Source: Candidatus Sericytochromatia bacterium (GTDB taxonomy: Bacteria > Cyanobacteriota > Sericytochromatia > S15B-MN24 > UBA4093). From it: a stretch of DNA of 64,000 nucleotides. Location: the NCBI GenBank assembly GCA_036676495.1, contig JAKFCT010000059.1:1-64000 (forward strand). The letters are read 5' to 3'. The number at the start of each line of letters is the position of its first letter. Position 1 is the stretch's first letter. Both the position numbers and the translations under genes were made by a program. Below the pieces are notes generated by a model. It made no database searches, had not been told where the DNA came from, and saw nothing but the letters and a program-made list of their open reading frames with translations. Of the stretch, positions 29,694 to 41,508 are shown in pieces.

Positions 29694-30731
29694 ATGAAAC
29701 CGATCGTGATTTCCCTCGTCGCCGGAACGCTTCTCTTGGCTGGGTGCCAGCAAGGCTCCGAGCCGGCCGCATCGGGATCCGCCCCGAAGGCGGCCCGCCA
29801 ATTGGCCGGTGGTTTGGGGCCGTTGCCTCCGGTGGAGCATCCGGTCGACAACCCGATGACCCCGGAGAAGGTGGAGCTGGGCAAGATGCTCTACTTCGAC
29901 ACCCGGCTTTCGGGCACGCAGCGGGTCTCCTGCGCGACCTGCCATAACCCCAGCTTTGGATGGGGCGAGGGCGTGGGCTTGTCCGTCGGCGTGGGCGATC
30001 AGCTGCTGGGCCGGCATTCTCCGACGGTCTTGAACGCGGCCTACTACACGCATCAGTTCTGGGACGGCCGGGCGGCGACCCTCGAGGAGCAGGCCAAGGG
30101 GCCCATCACTTCCAAGGTCGAGATGAACGCGGATCCGGACGTGGTGGTGAAGCGCCTGCAGGGGATTCCGGCTTACGCGGAGCGGTTCCAGCAGGTCTTC
30201 GGAGAACCGGTGAGCTTCGACAACATCGCCAAGGCGATCGCCACCTACGAGCGGACGGTGGTGCGCGGCGACTCGGCCTTCGACCGCTGGGCGGCGGGCG
30301 ACGACGCGGCGATGAGCGAGGAGGCCAAGCGGGGCTACCAGCTCTACACGACCAAGGCGCTTTGCATCACCTGTCACTCGGGCCCCAACTTCTCGGACAG
30401 CAAGTTCCACAACATCGGGGTGAAGGGCTCGGGGACCACGGACAAGGGCCGCTTCGACGTGACGAAGAACCCGGCGGATCTGGGGGCGTTCAAGACCCCG
30501 ACCGTGCGGAACGCGGCGTTGACGGCTCCGTACATGCATGACGGGTCGATCGCGACGCTGGAGGAGCTGGTCGAGCATTACGACCAGGGCGGCGAGAACG
30601 TGCCCAACAAGAGCCCCTTGATGGTGCCGTTGAAGCTGACGGCCCAGGAGAAGGCGGATCTGGTGGCGTTCATGAAGGCGCTCACGGGAGCGCCGATGGC
30701 GGATCAGACGCTGCCCGAGCTTCCTTACTAG
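29694..30731 (+). CDS. Di-heme cytochrome c peroxidase (bCcP/MauG family) lipoprotein
   Basis: Lipobox LAGC; CATCH and CITCH; QFWDGRA; FKTPTVRN; PYMHDGS. Confidence 0.93.
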   Translation: MKPIVISLVAGTLLLAGCQQGSEPAASGSAPKAARQLAGGLGPLPPVEHPVDNPMTPEKVELGKMLYFDTRLSGTQRVSCATCHNPSFGWGEGVGLSVGVGDQLLGRHSPTVLNAAYYTHQFWDGRAATLEEQAKGPITSKVEMNADPDVVVKRLQGIPAYAERFQQVFGEPVSFDNIAKAIATYERTVVRGDSAFDRWAAGDDAAMSEEAKRGYQLYTTKALCITCHSGPNFSDSKFHNIGVKGSGTTDKGRFDVTKNPADLGAFKTPTVRNAALTAPYMHDGSIATLEELVEHYDQGGENVPNKSPLMVPLKLTAQEKADLVAFMKALTGAPMADQTLPELPY

Positions 30732-30880
30732 GCGCATGCAGGCATTGCGGCCCCCGTTCCGGTTTCGGAGCGGGGGCCGCTGCGCGTTTGCCCGCTCGAA
30801 TCGGCCCGGGAAGTTTTGGCAAGACGCCCTTGTGAGCGGGGCTCTCCCTTGAGAGGATCGCGGCATGGAAGGAGGCCCGC

Positions 30881-31057
30881 ATGAGCATGCAGCGTGAACC
30901 GGAGATCGACACGGCGCGCGAACGACCGCTCGAACGACCGCTCGAGGGCTCCGAGGAGTACTTCCGCGGCCAGGTTCCCGAGGAGCGGATCCTGCCGCCG
31001 CGTTACGGGGAGGACGTCTCCCTGCCGCCGCCCCAGGACATGGGCGAGGACGGGTAG
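30881..31057 (+). CDS. 58-aa acidic/proline-rich microprotein (not in ORF track)
   Basis: AAGGAGG RBS; MSMQREPEIDTARERPLERPLEGSEEYFRGQVPEERILPPRYGEDVSLPPPQDMGEDG*. Confidence 0.55.
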   Translation: MSMQREPEIDTARERPLERPLEGSEEYFRGQVPEERILPPRYGEDVSLPPPQDMGEDG

Positions 31058-31085
31058 GGGGCGCGAGGGTTGACGGCCCCGGGGT

Positions 31086-31100
31086 TTAGAATTATTCTAT
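31086..31100. promoter_or_regulatory. Putative PerR-type operator overlapping -10 of perR promoter
   Basis: TTAGAATTATTCTAT; TTGACG (31070-31075) 17 bp before TATTCT (31093-31098). Confidence 0.75.
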
Positions 31101-31104
31101 ATCT

Positions 31105-31551
31105 ATGGCGATTAAACCTTCATGTCTCAGTCCCCATCAGATCGAGGCGGTCCTCAAGCGGAGCGGGATCAACGCGACCGCGCAGCGGATCGCCATCTGC
31201 CGCTTCGTGCTCTGCGACGCCGAGCACCCGAGCGCGGAGGACGTGAAGCTCTGGGTGGATCAGAACTTCCCCAAGATGAGCCTCGCCACCGTCTACAACA
31301 CCCTGCGCATTCTGGTGGAGGCGGGGTTGTTGCGGGAGTTGCGCCTGCCGCATAGCGACGCCGTGCTCTACGACAACAACCTCACCTCCCATTACCACTT
31401 CCTCGACGAGGAGACCGGAGAGCTGCTCGACGTCGATCCCGCCGATATCCGGCTGGAGCCGGCCCTGGCAGCGGACTACCGCGTCCGCTCCGTGGAGGTG
31501 CTGCTGCGCGGCACCCGTAACCCCAGCGCCGGGAACCTGACGGCCGGGTAG
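31105..31551 (+). CDS. perR: Fur-family transcriptional repressor, PerR-like
   Basis: TAQRIAI, HPSAEDV, SLATVYNTL, HYH; context upstream of trxB/ahpC. Confidence 0.8.
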   Translation: MAIKPSCLSPHQIEAVLKRSGINATAQRIAICRFVLCDAEHPSAEDVKLWVDQNFPKMSLATVYNTLRILVEAGLLRELRLPHSDAVLYDNNLTSHYHFLDEETGELLDVDPADIRLEPALAADYRVRSVEVLLRGTRNPSAGNLTAG

Positions 31552-31600
31552 CCCCCCTGTCGAGTCGAAACGCTCGCCGATCCAATCGAGGTCAATTCAG

Positions 31601-32548
31601 ATGGTCAACAACGTCCTCATCATCGGAGCCGGACCCGCCGGCTACACCGCCGGCATCTACGCCGCCCGCGCCAACCTCAACCCCATCCTCTTCGAAGGCA
31701 GCGCTCCCGGCGGCCAGCTCATGATCACCACCGACGTCGAGAACTACCCCGGCTTCCCCCAGGGAGTCCAGGGTCCCGAGATGATGCAGCTCTTCCGCCA
31801 ACAGGCCGAACGCTTCGGCACCCGCATCGTCACCGACGTCATCACCCGGGTCGATTTCTCCACCCGCCCCTTCAAGGTCTGGGACAGCAAGGACCAGCTG
31901 CACGAAGCCCAAGCCATCATCATCGCCACCGGAGCGAGCGCCCTCTGGCTCGGCCTCGACGCCGAGATGCGCCTGCAGGGCCGCGGCGTCTCCGCCTGCG
32001 CCACCTGTGACGGCTTCTTCTTCCGCGGCAAGGACGTCATCGTCGTCGGCGGCGGAGATACCGCCATGGAGGAAGCCAACTTCCTCGCCAACATGTGCCA
32101 GTCGGTCACCGTCGTCCACCGCCGCGATCAGCTGCGCGCCAGCAAGATCATGCAGCAGCGCGCCTTCGACAACCCCAAGATCAAGTTCGTCTGGAACGCC
32201 GCCGTCGACGACATCCTCGACCACGGCACCGAGACGGTCAAGGCCGTCCGCCTGCGCGACACCCAGACCGGTGAGATGCAGGAGCTTGCCACCGACGGCG
32301 TCTTCATCGCCATCGGCCACAAACCCACCACCGACCTCTTCAAGGGCCAGCTCGAGCTGGACTCCAACGGTTACATCGTCACCCACGACGGCACCCGCAC
32401 CAGCGTCGAAGGCGTCTTCGCCTCCGGCGACGTGCAGGACTCCGTCTACCGTCAGGCGATCACCGCAGCCGGCACCGGCTGCATGGCCGCCATCGACGCC
32501 GAACGCTGGCTCATGGCCACCCACGCGGGTGTCCACGCCGCGGTCTAA
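31601..32548 (+). CDS. trxB: Thioredoxin-disulfide reductase
   Basis: GAGPAG, GGQLMITTDVENYPGF, CATCDG, GGGDTAMEEA, HRRD, YRQAITAAGTGC. Confidence 0.97.
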   Translation: MVNNVLIIGAGPAGYTAGIYAARANLNPILFEGSAPGGQLMITTDVENYPGFPQGVQGPEMMQLFRQQAERFGTRIVTDVITRVDFSTRPFKVWDSKDQLHEAQAIIIATGASALWLGLDAEMRLQGRGVSACATCDGFFFRGKDVIVVGGGDTAMEEANFLANMCQSVTVVHRRDQLRASKIMQQRAFDNPKIKFVWNAAVDDILDHGTETVKAVRLRDTQTGEMQELATDGVFIAIGHKPTTDLFKGQLELDSNGYIVTHDGTRTSVEGVFASGDVQDSVYRQAITAAGTGCMAAIDAERWLMATHAGVHAAV

Positions 32549-32584
32549 TCACTTCCACGCAACATCGCCAACTAGGAGGAAATC

Positions 32585-33178
32585 ATGCTGCAACCCCAGA
32601 TGAAGGCTCCCGAATTCAAGGCCACCGCGGTGGTCAACGGTCAGTTCAAGGAAGTCTCCTTGGCCGACTACAAGGGCAAGAACGTCGTCGTCTTCTTCTA
32701 CCCCCTCGACTTCACCTTCGTTTGCCCCACCGAGATCCTGGCCTTCTCGGACAAGATCGAGGAGTTCCGCAAGCGGAACACCGAAGTCATCGGCATCTCG
32801 ACCGACTCCCACTTCTCCCACCTCGCCTGGGTCAACACCAAGCTCGAGGACGGCGGCATCCAGGGCCTCACGTATCCCCTGGTCGCTGACTTCACCAAGC
32901 AGATCTCCCGTGACTACGGCGTCCTCCTCGAGAACGACGGCGTCGCCTTCCGCGGCCTCTTCCTCGTCGACAAGAACGGCGTCATCCAGCACATGGTCAT
33001 CAACAACCTGCCCCTGGGCCGCTCCGTCGAGGAGACCCTCCGCATGATCGACGCCCTCACCCACGTCGAGACCTACGGCGAAGTCTGCCCCGCCGACTGG
33101 AAGCCCGGCAAGGACACCATCATCCCCGAGCCCGAGAAGTCCAAGGCCTTCTTCAAGAAGTCGGCCGCGCTCGTCTAG
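32585..33178 (+). CDS. ahpC: 2-Cys peroxiredoxin (AhpC/Tsa)
   Basis: FYPLDFTFVCPTE and GEVCPADW. Confidence 0.95.
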   Translation: MLQPQMKAPEFKATAVVNGQFKEVSLADYKGKNVVVFFYPLDFTFVCPTEILAFSDKIEEFRKRNTEVIGISTDSHFSHLAWVNTKLEDGGIQGLTYPLVADFTKQISRDYGVLLENDGVAFRGLFLVDKNGVIQHMVINNLPLGRSVEETLRMIDALTHVETYGEVCPADWKPGKDTIIPEPEKSKAFFKKSAALV

Positions 33179-33220
33179 CACGACCCCGTCTCATTAGACC
33201 GCCGCGCGGTCCTGAACGCC

Positions 33221-33248
33221 AAGGCCCCCGGGGTTTCCCGGGGGCCTT
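33221..33248 (+). terminator. Terminator hairpin after ahpC
   Basis: AAGGCCCCCGGG-GTTT-CCCGGGGGCCTT. Confidence 0.7.
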
Positions 33249-33307
33249 GGCGCATGCGCGCGATTCCCCCCCATGCCGATCATCTCCCGTGTGTTTAATC
33301 AGGGTAC

Positions 33308-33337
33308 TTGACAGCAAGGCACTCAAGTTATTATCCT
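33308..33337 (+). promoter_or_regulatory. Sigma70-type promoter of clp gene
   Basis: TTGACA followed after 18 bp by TATCCT in an AT-rich patch. Confidence 0.55.
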
Positions 33338-33391
33338 CCTCATGTGCTCAGACGAGGGAAGGCTCCCTCCGCGCTTCTAAGGAGGAATCGG

Positions 33392-35935
<2,544 letters not shown>

Positions 35936-35942
35936 CGCCACC

Positions 35943-35990
35943 CCAAAATAAATGCCGAAGCCCCGGAGACCCCGGGGCTTCGGCATTTTG
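35943..35990 (+). terminator. Terminator after clp gene
   Basis: AAATGCCGAAGCCCCGG-AGAC-CCCGGGGCTTCGGCATTTT. Confidence 0.8.
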
Positions 35991-36073
35991 GTCGGGGGGA
36001 AGGCCGCGGCCTCAGCGGGTTTTCTTGCTCGTCGCTTGTGGCTTGGAGCGCGATTCGATACGCTGAGGCGCTT

Positions 36074-36787
36074 ATGACGCGAATCAAAGCCTTCCGAACC
36101 TCATTCTTGCGGACCGCTGCGCGCGGCTTACTGGTCGTGATGACCGTGGGCTGCGCCAGGGGGACCCTCAACGAGCCGGCTGCCCCGCAGAGCGTGGCCC
36201 TGGTGGCGCTGGGGGCTTCCGACGTGGTCGGAGTCGGTGCCACGCATCCTGAAGACGAGGGTTGGGCCCCGGTCCTCGCCTCCTTCATGCCGGAGGGGAC
36301 CCGCTTCTTCAAGGTGGGGGTCTCGGGATGGCAGGCGCATCAGGTGCTCGACCTCGGGCTGCCGGATGTCTTGAAAGCAAAGCCGGACACGGTCGTCCTC
36401 TGGATCGGGGTCAACGACTTCCTGGCCGAGAAGCCCCTCCCGCGTTTTCAGCGTGAACTGGAGGCGATCCTCGTGGAGCTGGCACAGAGCGAGGCGCGCC
36501 TCGTCGTCATCAACCTGCCGGACCTCGATCGCCTTCCGGCCTTTCGCGCCGAGCGTGTCCGCATCCGGCAACAATTGCCGGCTTGGCAACGCGCCGTGGC
36601 GGTGCTGGGCCAGCGGCATGGCGCGCGCGTCATCGACCTCGCCGCGTACTCCGCGGAGATCGACGCCCATCCCGAGTACCTCAGCGCCGACGGATTTCAT
36701 CCGAGTGCCATAGGCTATCGGCGCCTTGCCGAGATCATCTTCGTCACCCTCGGGACGACTCAAGATCCCCGCCGACTGACGCGGTAG
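36074..36787 (+). CDS. SGNH/GDSL hydrolase
   Basis: LGASD (block I variant), GVSG, IGVND, DGFHPS. Confidence 0.85.
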   Translation: MTRIKAFRTSFLRTAARGLLVVMTVGCARGTLNEPAAPQSVALVALGASDVVGVGATHPEDEGWAPVLASFMPEGTRFFKVGVSGWQAHQVLDLGLPDVLKAKPDTVVLWIGVNDFLAEKPLPRFQRELEAILVELAQSEARLVVINLPDLDRLPAFRAERVRIRQQLPAWQRAVAVLGQRHGARVIDLAAYSAEIDAHPEYLSADGFHPSAIGYRRLAEIIFVTLGTTQDPRRLTR

Positions 36788-37977
36788 ATGACCCCGTTGC
36801 TGTCGTCCGCGAAGAGCAGCGCGCCGTCGCGGGCGACCGTGATCCCCGCGGGGCGCCCGAATTGCGCCTTGCCGTCCTCGATCAGGAACCCGGTCAGGAA
36901 GTCCTCGAAGCGAACCGGTCTCCCGTTCTCGAAGCGAACGCGCGCGACCTTGTAACCGACAGGGGTCTGCCGGTTCCAGGACCCGTGAAAGGTCACGAAC
37001 GCGTCTCCGTCGTACTCCGCGGGGAAGCGCGTCGCTTCCGGGTAGCGGCTCCGGTCGTAGAAGGCCAGTCCCAGGGGTGAGCTATGCGCCTGATAAGTCA
37101 AGGTAGGCGCCAAGGTCCCCTCGCAGTAGGCCTCGCGTGACTGGCCCGGAGGCTTGGAGGGTGTGTAGGCATCGACCTGCTTCTCGCCGAAGCAGTACGG
37201 CCAGCCATAGTTTCCAGCCTGGACGATTTGGTTGAGTTCCTCGGGGGGATTGTTGTCTCCGCGCCAATCGGTCCCGTGGTCCATGCCCCAGAGCTCGTGG
37301 GTCTTGGGGTGCCAGTCGAACCCGATCGTGTTGCGCAGGCCTGTGGCGAAGATCGTCCGGCCCGTCCCGTCCGCGTTGGTGCGCTGAATCGCGGCATGAT
37401 CGGGGTTGGGCTCCTCGCAATCGTTGCACGTGCTGCCGACCGTGATGTAGAACTTGCCGTCGGGGCCGAAGGCGATGGTCCGGTTCGGGTGCTGCCCGCC
37501 GTCTGGCAGGCCGTCGACGAAGACGCTGGGAGAGGCGAGGCTTCCGTCCTGCCGGATCTCGGCCACCAGCACCTGGGTGGGGGGCGCGAGGTAGAGGCGG
37601 TTGCCGTTCAAGGCGATGCCGTTCAGGGAGGGGAGCCCGCTCGCGACGGAACGGATCGCGTCGGCGCGGTGATCGCCGTTATCGTCCTTGAGCGCGAGGA
37701 CGTCCGCTTCGCGCCGGCGGGTGGCGTAGACCGTCCCGTCTTGCGCTTGAGTCAGCATGCGGACGTTGCCCAGATTCGTGGCGAAGGCTTGGACCTCGAA
37801 GCCGTCCGGGACCTCGAGCTGCCCGAGGAGTTCTTGAGAGAAATCACGTCTTTCCGGACGAACCGAGAACCCCTCCACGGGGGGCGGCGATTTGGAAGGA
37901 CTGGGCCAGCAACTCGAGGTGAGGGTCCAGGCCGAGCCCAGGAAAAGCATACCCAAGAGACGGCTGATGCGTGGCAT
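36760..37977 (-). CDS. PQQ-dependent sugar/sorbosone dehydrogenase family
   Basis: FGPDGKFY, GSTCN, ATGLRN..GFDWHP, PPEELN, YGWP, HGSWNR, GRP. Confidence 0.9.
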   Translation of the reverse strand: MPRISRLLGMLFLGSAWTLTSSCWPSPSKSPPPVEGFSVRPERRDFSQELLGQLEVPDGFEVQAFATNLGNVRMLTQAQDGTVYATRRREADVLALKDDNGDHRADAIRSVASGLPSLNGIALNGNRLYLAPPTQVLVAEIRQDGSLASPSVFVDGLPDGGQHPNRTIAFGPDGKFYITVGSTCNDCEEPNPDHAAIQRTNADGTGRTIFATGLRNTIGFDWHPKTHELWGMDHGTDWRGDNNPPEELNQIVQAGNYGWPYCFGEKQVDAYTPSKPPGQSREAYCEGTLAPTLTYQAHSSPLGLAFYDRSRYPEATRFPAEYDGDAFVTFHGSWNRQTPVGYKVARVRFENGRPVRFEDFLTGFLIEDGKAQFGRPAGITVARDGALLFADDSNGVIYRVSRRGS

Positions 37978-38046
37978 GAAAGCGCTCCTGTCGTGAGGTG
38001 GAAGGAACGCTTTCGATCATATCAAGTAATGAAGTGTTTGGAAGTT

Positions 38047-39117
38047 TCAGGGCCAGAGATCGGGGGGGATGGGGAGTTGTTCGAGCGTCTCGGGCTTGCG
38101 GTGGATGCCTGGGAGCTTGGCCAGTTCCTTGAGGTTGTCGGGGCCGGTGAGGGCGTGGAGGAAGGCGACCAGATCGGCTTTCTCCTGGGCCGTGAGCCCC
38201 AGGGGGCGGACGGCGGGGTGTCGCTTGGCGGAGGGGCCTCCGCCTCCGTCGTAGAAGTCGACGACTGCTTCGAGGGTCGGCAGCGAGCCGTCGTGCATGT
38301 ACGGGGCGGTTTGGGCGACGTTGAGGAGGGTGGGGACCTTGAAGGCCCCGCGGTCGCCTTCGCGGCCGGTCACGGCGAAGCGGCCGGGATCGGGATTGGA
38401 GCTGAGGGCGGAGACGCCGGTATTGGCGAAGAGGCCGTTGGAGAGGATTTTTCCGTTGTGGCAGATGCTGCAGCTGGTCTTTCGCGCGTTGAAGAGGCGC
38501 ATGCCGCGCTGCTGCGCGTCAGTGAGGGCCTTCGTGTCGCCAGCGAGGAAGCGGTCGTAGGGAGAAGGCCCGACGGTGAGGGCGCGTTCGAAGGAGGCCA
38601 GCGCCTTGCCGATGCCGTCGGGGGTGGGGCCGGTGCCGAAGACTTCCTGGAACTTGTCGCGGTAGTAGGGCATGGCGGAAAGCTTGGCGATGACGTCTTC
38701 CATGCGGGAGGCCATCTCGACGGGGTCGGTGATGGGGCCGAGGGCCTGTTCTTCGAGGGTCTTGGCACGGCCGTCCCAGAACTGATGTGTTTGATGGGCG
38801 GCTCCGTAGATGGTGGGGGTGTTGCGTTTGCCGCGCTGGCCGTTGACACCGAGAGCCGTGGGCTCGTTGTTGGAGAATCCCTTGCGGTGGTGGTGGCAGG
38901 TGGCGCATGTCATCCGGTTGTTGGCGGAGAGCTTGGGCTCGAACCAGAGGCGGAAGCCGAGCTCGACTTTGGACGCGGTCATGGGGTTGTCGGCAGGGGC
39001 GTTCGCGGCGTTCGCGGCAAAGGAGGGCGGCGAGGCCGTGGTCCGCGTGGAAGGGGCCAGGCTGCAACCGGCCAGCAAGATTCCAGCGAGCATCAAGGGC
39101 GCGACGCGCATCGTCAT
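38047..39117 (-). CDS. Second di-heme cytochrome c peroxidase (bCcP/MauG family) lipoprotein
   Basis: Lipobox LAGC; CATCH, CSICH; QFWDGRA; FKVPTL; PYMHDGS. Confidence 0.92.
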   Translation of the reverse strand: MTMRVAPLMLAGILLAGCSLAPSTRTTASPPSFAANAANAPADNPMTASKVELGFRLWFEPKLSANNRMTCATCHHHRKGFSNNEPTALGVNGQRGKRNTPTIYGAAHQTHQFWDGRAKTLEEQALGPITDPVEMASRMEDVIAKLSAMPYYRDKFQEVFGTGPTPDGIGKALASFERALTVGPSPYDRFLAGDTKALTDAQQRGMRLFNARKTSCSICHNGKILSNGLFANTGVSALSSNPDPGRFAVTGREGDRGAFKVPTLLNVAQTAPYMHDGSLPTLEAVVDFYDGGGGPSAKRHPAVRPLGLTAQEKADLVAFLHALTGPDNLKELAKLPGIHRKPETLEQLPIPPDLWP

Positions 39118-39158
39118 CGGGATCCTTTCCGGGGCGCACGGGCAGACGAGCAAGTATT

Positions 39159-39173
39159 TGAGACTTATTCTCA
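39159..39173. promoter_or_regulatory. Putative Fur-type operator upstream of second ccp
   Basis: Minus strand GCTAATGAGAATAAGTCTCA matches 14/19 of the Fur box GATAATGATAATCATTATC. Confidence 0.6.
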
Positions 39174-39454
39174 TTAGCTAGAGGTATGCTAGCATTCCTG
39201 GGCCCCAGGGGCAACGGCTTGCTTAACCGCAGCTTGACGGGGGCGGCCAATTCCGCGCGGCATTTTGGGCGACTTGGCCATGGCTTTCGCGGGGAGCGCG
39301 GCCCTAGGATGAGGCTACCGCCCCGACTGGCCCTTGCGCCAGCGCAATCCCGGAAAGGGGCCTGGCGGGAAAGGTCGAGCCTGCATGGCGCCCCTTTGCG
39401 GCGCCACGATCACGTCCCGACGTGCCGACGCAGGGAGGCCGGGGAGGAGGATCC

Positions 39455-39727
39455 ATGGAGCCAGTCTACTTGGTGACCAAGGTCCGTCAGAAGCTCGCCA
39501 CGGATCCGCGGGTGGGGTTGACGGATATCTTGATCCACATTCCGGAGGCGGGCCATGTGGTGGTCTCGGGGTTCGTCTCGACGAGCGAGCAGCAAGAGGC
39601 GATCACGCAGGCCCTCACGGAGATGCCCGAGATCACGCGGGTCAGCAACCGGACGCAGGTCCGACAGGTCCGGCCCACCCATCAATCGGAGATCATCGGG
39701 AAGGGGACGCCGGGAGGGGAACCATGA
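39455..39727 (+). CDS. BON-domain-like small protein
   Basis: GGAGG RBS; GHVVVSGFV...V.N pattern; ATGA overlap with next gene. Confidence 0.7.
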   Translation: MEPVYLVTKVRQKLATDPRVGLTDILIHIPEAGHVVVSGFVSTSEQQEAITQALTEMPEITRVSNRTQVRQVRPTHQSEIIGKGTPGGEP

Positions 39728-40458
39728 TCCGAATTGCGGCGGTGGGCGACCTTCACCTCACCGTCCACGGCCGAGGGAAGATTCGCCCGCAGTTCGAGAG
39801 CCTCAGCCAGGAGGCCGATCTCTTGCTCTTGGCCGGAGACTTGACGAACTGGGGGAAGGCCGAGGAGGCCGAGGTCCTCGTCGAAGAGCTTTCGGACGTC
39901 TCGATCCCGAAGATCGCTACCCTGGGCAACCACGACTACCACAGCGAAGGCCCGGACATGGTCCGATCCATCCTGGAGGAGGCGGGGATCACCGTGCTCG
40001 AGAACGAATCGACCGTCATCACGGTCGGCGACGAGACGGTGGGAATCGTCGGCGGGAAGGGCTTCGGAGGAGGATTCGGGACGACCTGCCTGAGTCCGTT
40101 CGGCGAGCGCGAGATCCGCGATTTCCTCAAGAGCACCTATGCCTGCGCCGAAGCCCTGGGCCAAGGGCTCTCCGAGTTGCAGACCGATTACCGCCTGGTC
40201 CTGCTTCACTACTCCCCGGCGGTGGAGACCCTCAAGGGCGAGCCGGTGGCAATCTACCCCTTCCTCGGAAGCTCGATTATGGGGGAGCCGATTGACGCGC
40301 ACGGGGCCGATCTCGTCCTGCATGGCCACGCGCACAAGGGAACGGAGCACGGCCAGACCGCCGGCGGCATCCCGGTCCGCAACGTCTCGCTTCCCGTGAT
40401 CTGCGAATCCTACGCCCTCTACCAGCTCGAGCAGAAGGCCCGCGCGCTCACGCATTGA
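39724..40458 (+). CDS. Calcineurin-like metallophosphoesterase
   Basis: GDLH, AGDLT, GNHD, LLHY, HGHAH. Confidence 0.92.
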   Translation: MIRIAAVGDLHLTVHGRGKIRPQFESLSQEADLLLLAGDLTNWGKAEEAEVLVEELSDVSIPKIATLGNHDYHSEGPDMVRSILEEAGITVLENESTVITVGDETVGIVGGKGFGGGFGTTCLSPFGEREIRDFLKSTYACAEALGQGLSELQTDYRLVLLHYSPAVETLKGEPVAIYPFLGSSIMGEPIDAHGADLVLHGHAHKGTEHGQTAGGIPVRNVSLPVICESYALYQLEQKARALTH

Positions 40459-40586
40459 TCCCCGCCCCCCGGGATGGTAGCCTATTAAGACTGCCTCACG
40501 AATTCCGACGAGCCGCGGGCGCCCAGCCCTCATGGTTCCTCGGTCTCGAGGGTGAGGCAACGAGGCCCCCTGAAGAGAGGACCGTT

Positions 40587-40838
40587 ATGGCTACCTGCCC
40601 CGAATGTTCCACCCAACTCCCCCCGGAGGTCGTCGTCTGCACCGAGTGTGGGGCGTCCATCCCGGCCCAGAAAGCTCCCAAGCCCGTCCCCAAGGGAGCG
40701 AGTCCCCACCCCGCCGACCGCCTCGCCGAAACCATGCTGCGAGGGGCCTCCGTGCTGATGATCATCGTCCTGGTGGCCCTGGTCGCCTTCGTCGGTTGGT
40801 CGATCATCAGTCAGGGTATCGAGTCGGGGGCTCCTTGA
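40587..40838 (+). CDS. Zinc-ribbon membrane-anchored small protein
   Basis: CPEC/CTEC then one C-terminal TM helix. Confidence 0.75.
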   Translation: MATCPECSTQLPPEVVVCTECGASIPAQKAPKPVPKGASPHPADRLAETMLRGASVLMIIVLVALVAFVGWSIISQGIESGAP

Positions 40839-41419
40839 CCCTTCGAAACCTCCTTCCCGGCGCCCTTTGGCTCGGTTTCGCCCTGGGATCCGGGACGGCC
40901 TTCCTGCGTCATGGCTCGTACCTGAGCCTGTCGATGGCGGCGGTGAACCTGTTCATCGCCGCCCTCTTCCTCTTTCGCCGCCCGGATGCCACTCCGGCCG
41001 GCCATGCGAGCCTGGCCGCTTCTGCCCTGGCCTGGATCGGCACCTTCCTGCCCTTCTTCCTGCGCCCGCAGGGAACCCTCTCCCCGCTCCCCCTGACCTT
41101 GCAGATCGTCGGTGTGATCGGCATCGTCCTCTCCCTGACCGCCCTGGGCCGCGCGTTCGGAGTCAGCCCCGCCCGCCGAGGCGTCGTCACGCACGGCCTC
41201 TACGCCTGGGTGCGCCATCCTCTCTACGCAGCCGAACTCCTCTACTTCCTGGGGGTGGTGATCGCCGCGCCGATTCCCTCCAACCTCGTCGTCTGGGGGG
41301 CGCTGGCCCTGGTTCAATGGCGCCGCGCCAATAACGAGGAGCGCTGCCTCGAGGCCGAGGACTCCTATCGGGCTTACCTCGGGGCCGTTCGCTACCGCTT
41401 CCTGCCGGGACTCCTGTAA
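40835..41419 (+). CDS. Isoprenylcysteine carboxyl methyltransferase/PEMT family membrane protein
   Basis: LGRAFG, GLYAWVRHPLY, EERCL, YRFLPG; TTGA overlap with previous gene. Confidence 0.85.
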   Translation: MTLRNLLPGALWLGFALGSGTAFLRHGSYLSLSMAAVNLFIAALFLFRRPDATPAGHASLAASALAWIGTFLPFFLRPQGTLSPLPLTLQIVGVIGIVLSLTALGRAFGVSPARRGVVTHGLYAWVRHPLYAAELLYFLGVVIAAPIPSNLVVWGALALVQWRRANNEERCLEAEDSYRAYLGAVRYRFLPGLL

Positions 41420-41508
41420 AAATAACGCCCCCCCGAAAAGGGGGGGGCGCCGCCTCTTGGGTTTCGGCATGGGAAGCGAGCCGCCGCTCTCTCAGTGCAT
41501 GCCTCGTG

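Noticed and set aside
33317-33345. CIRCE/HrcA or CtsR operator upstream of the clp gene
   Set aside because: Only a GCACTC half-site; no GAGTGC at 9-bp spacing and no GTCAAA heptad repeats
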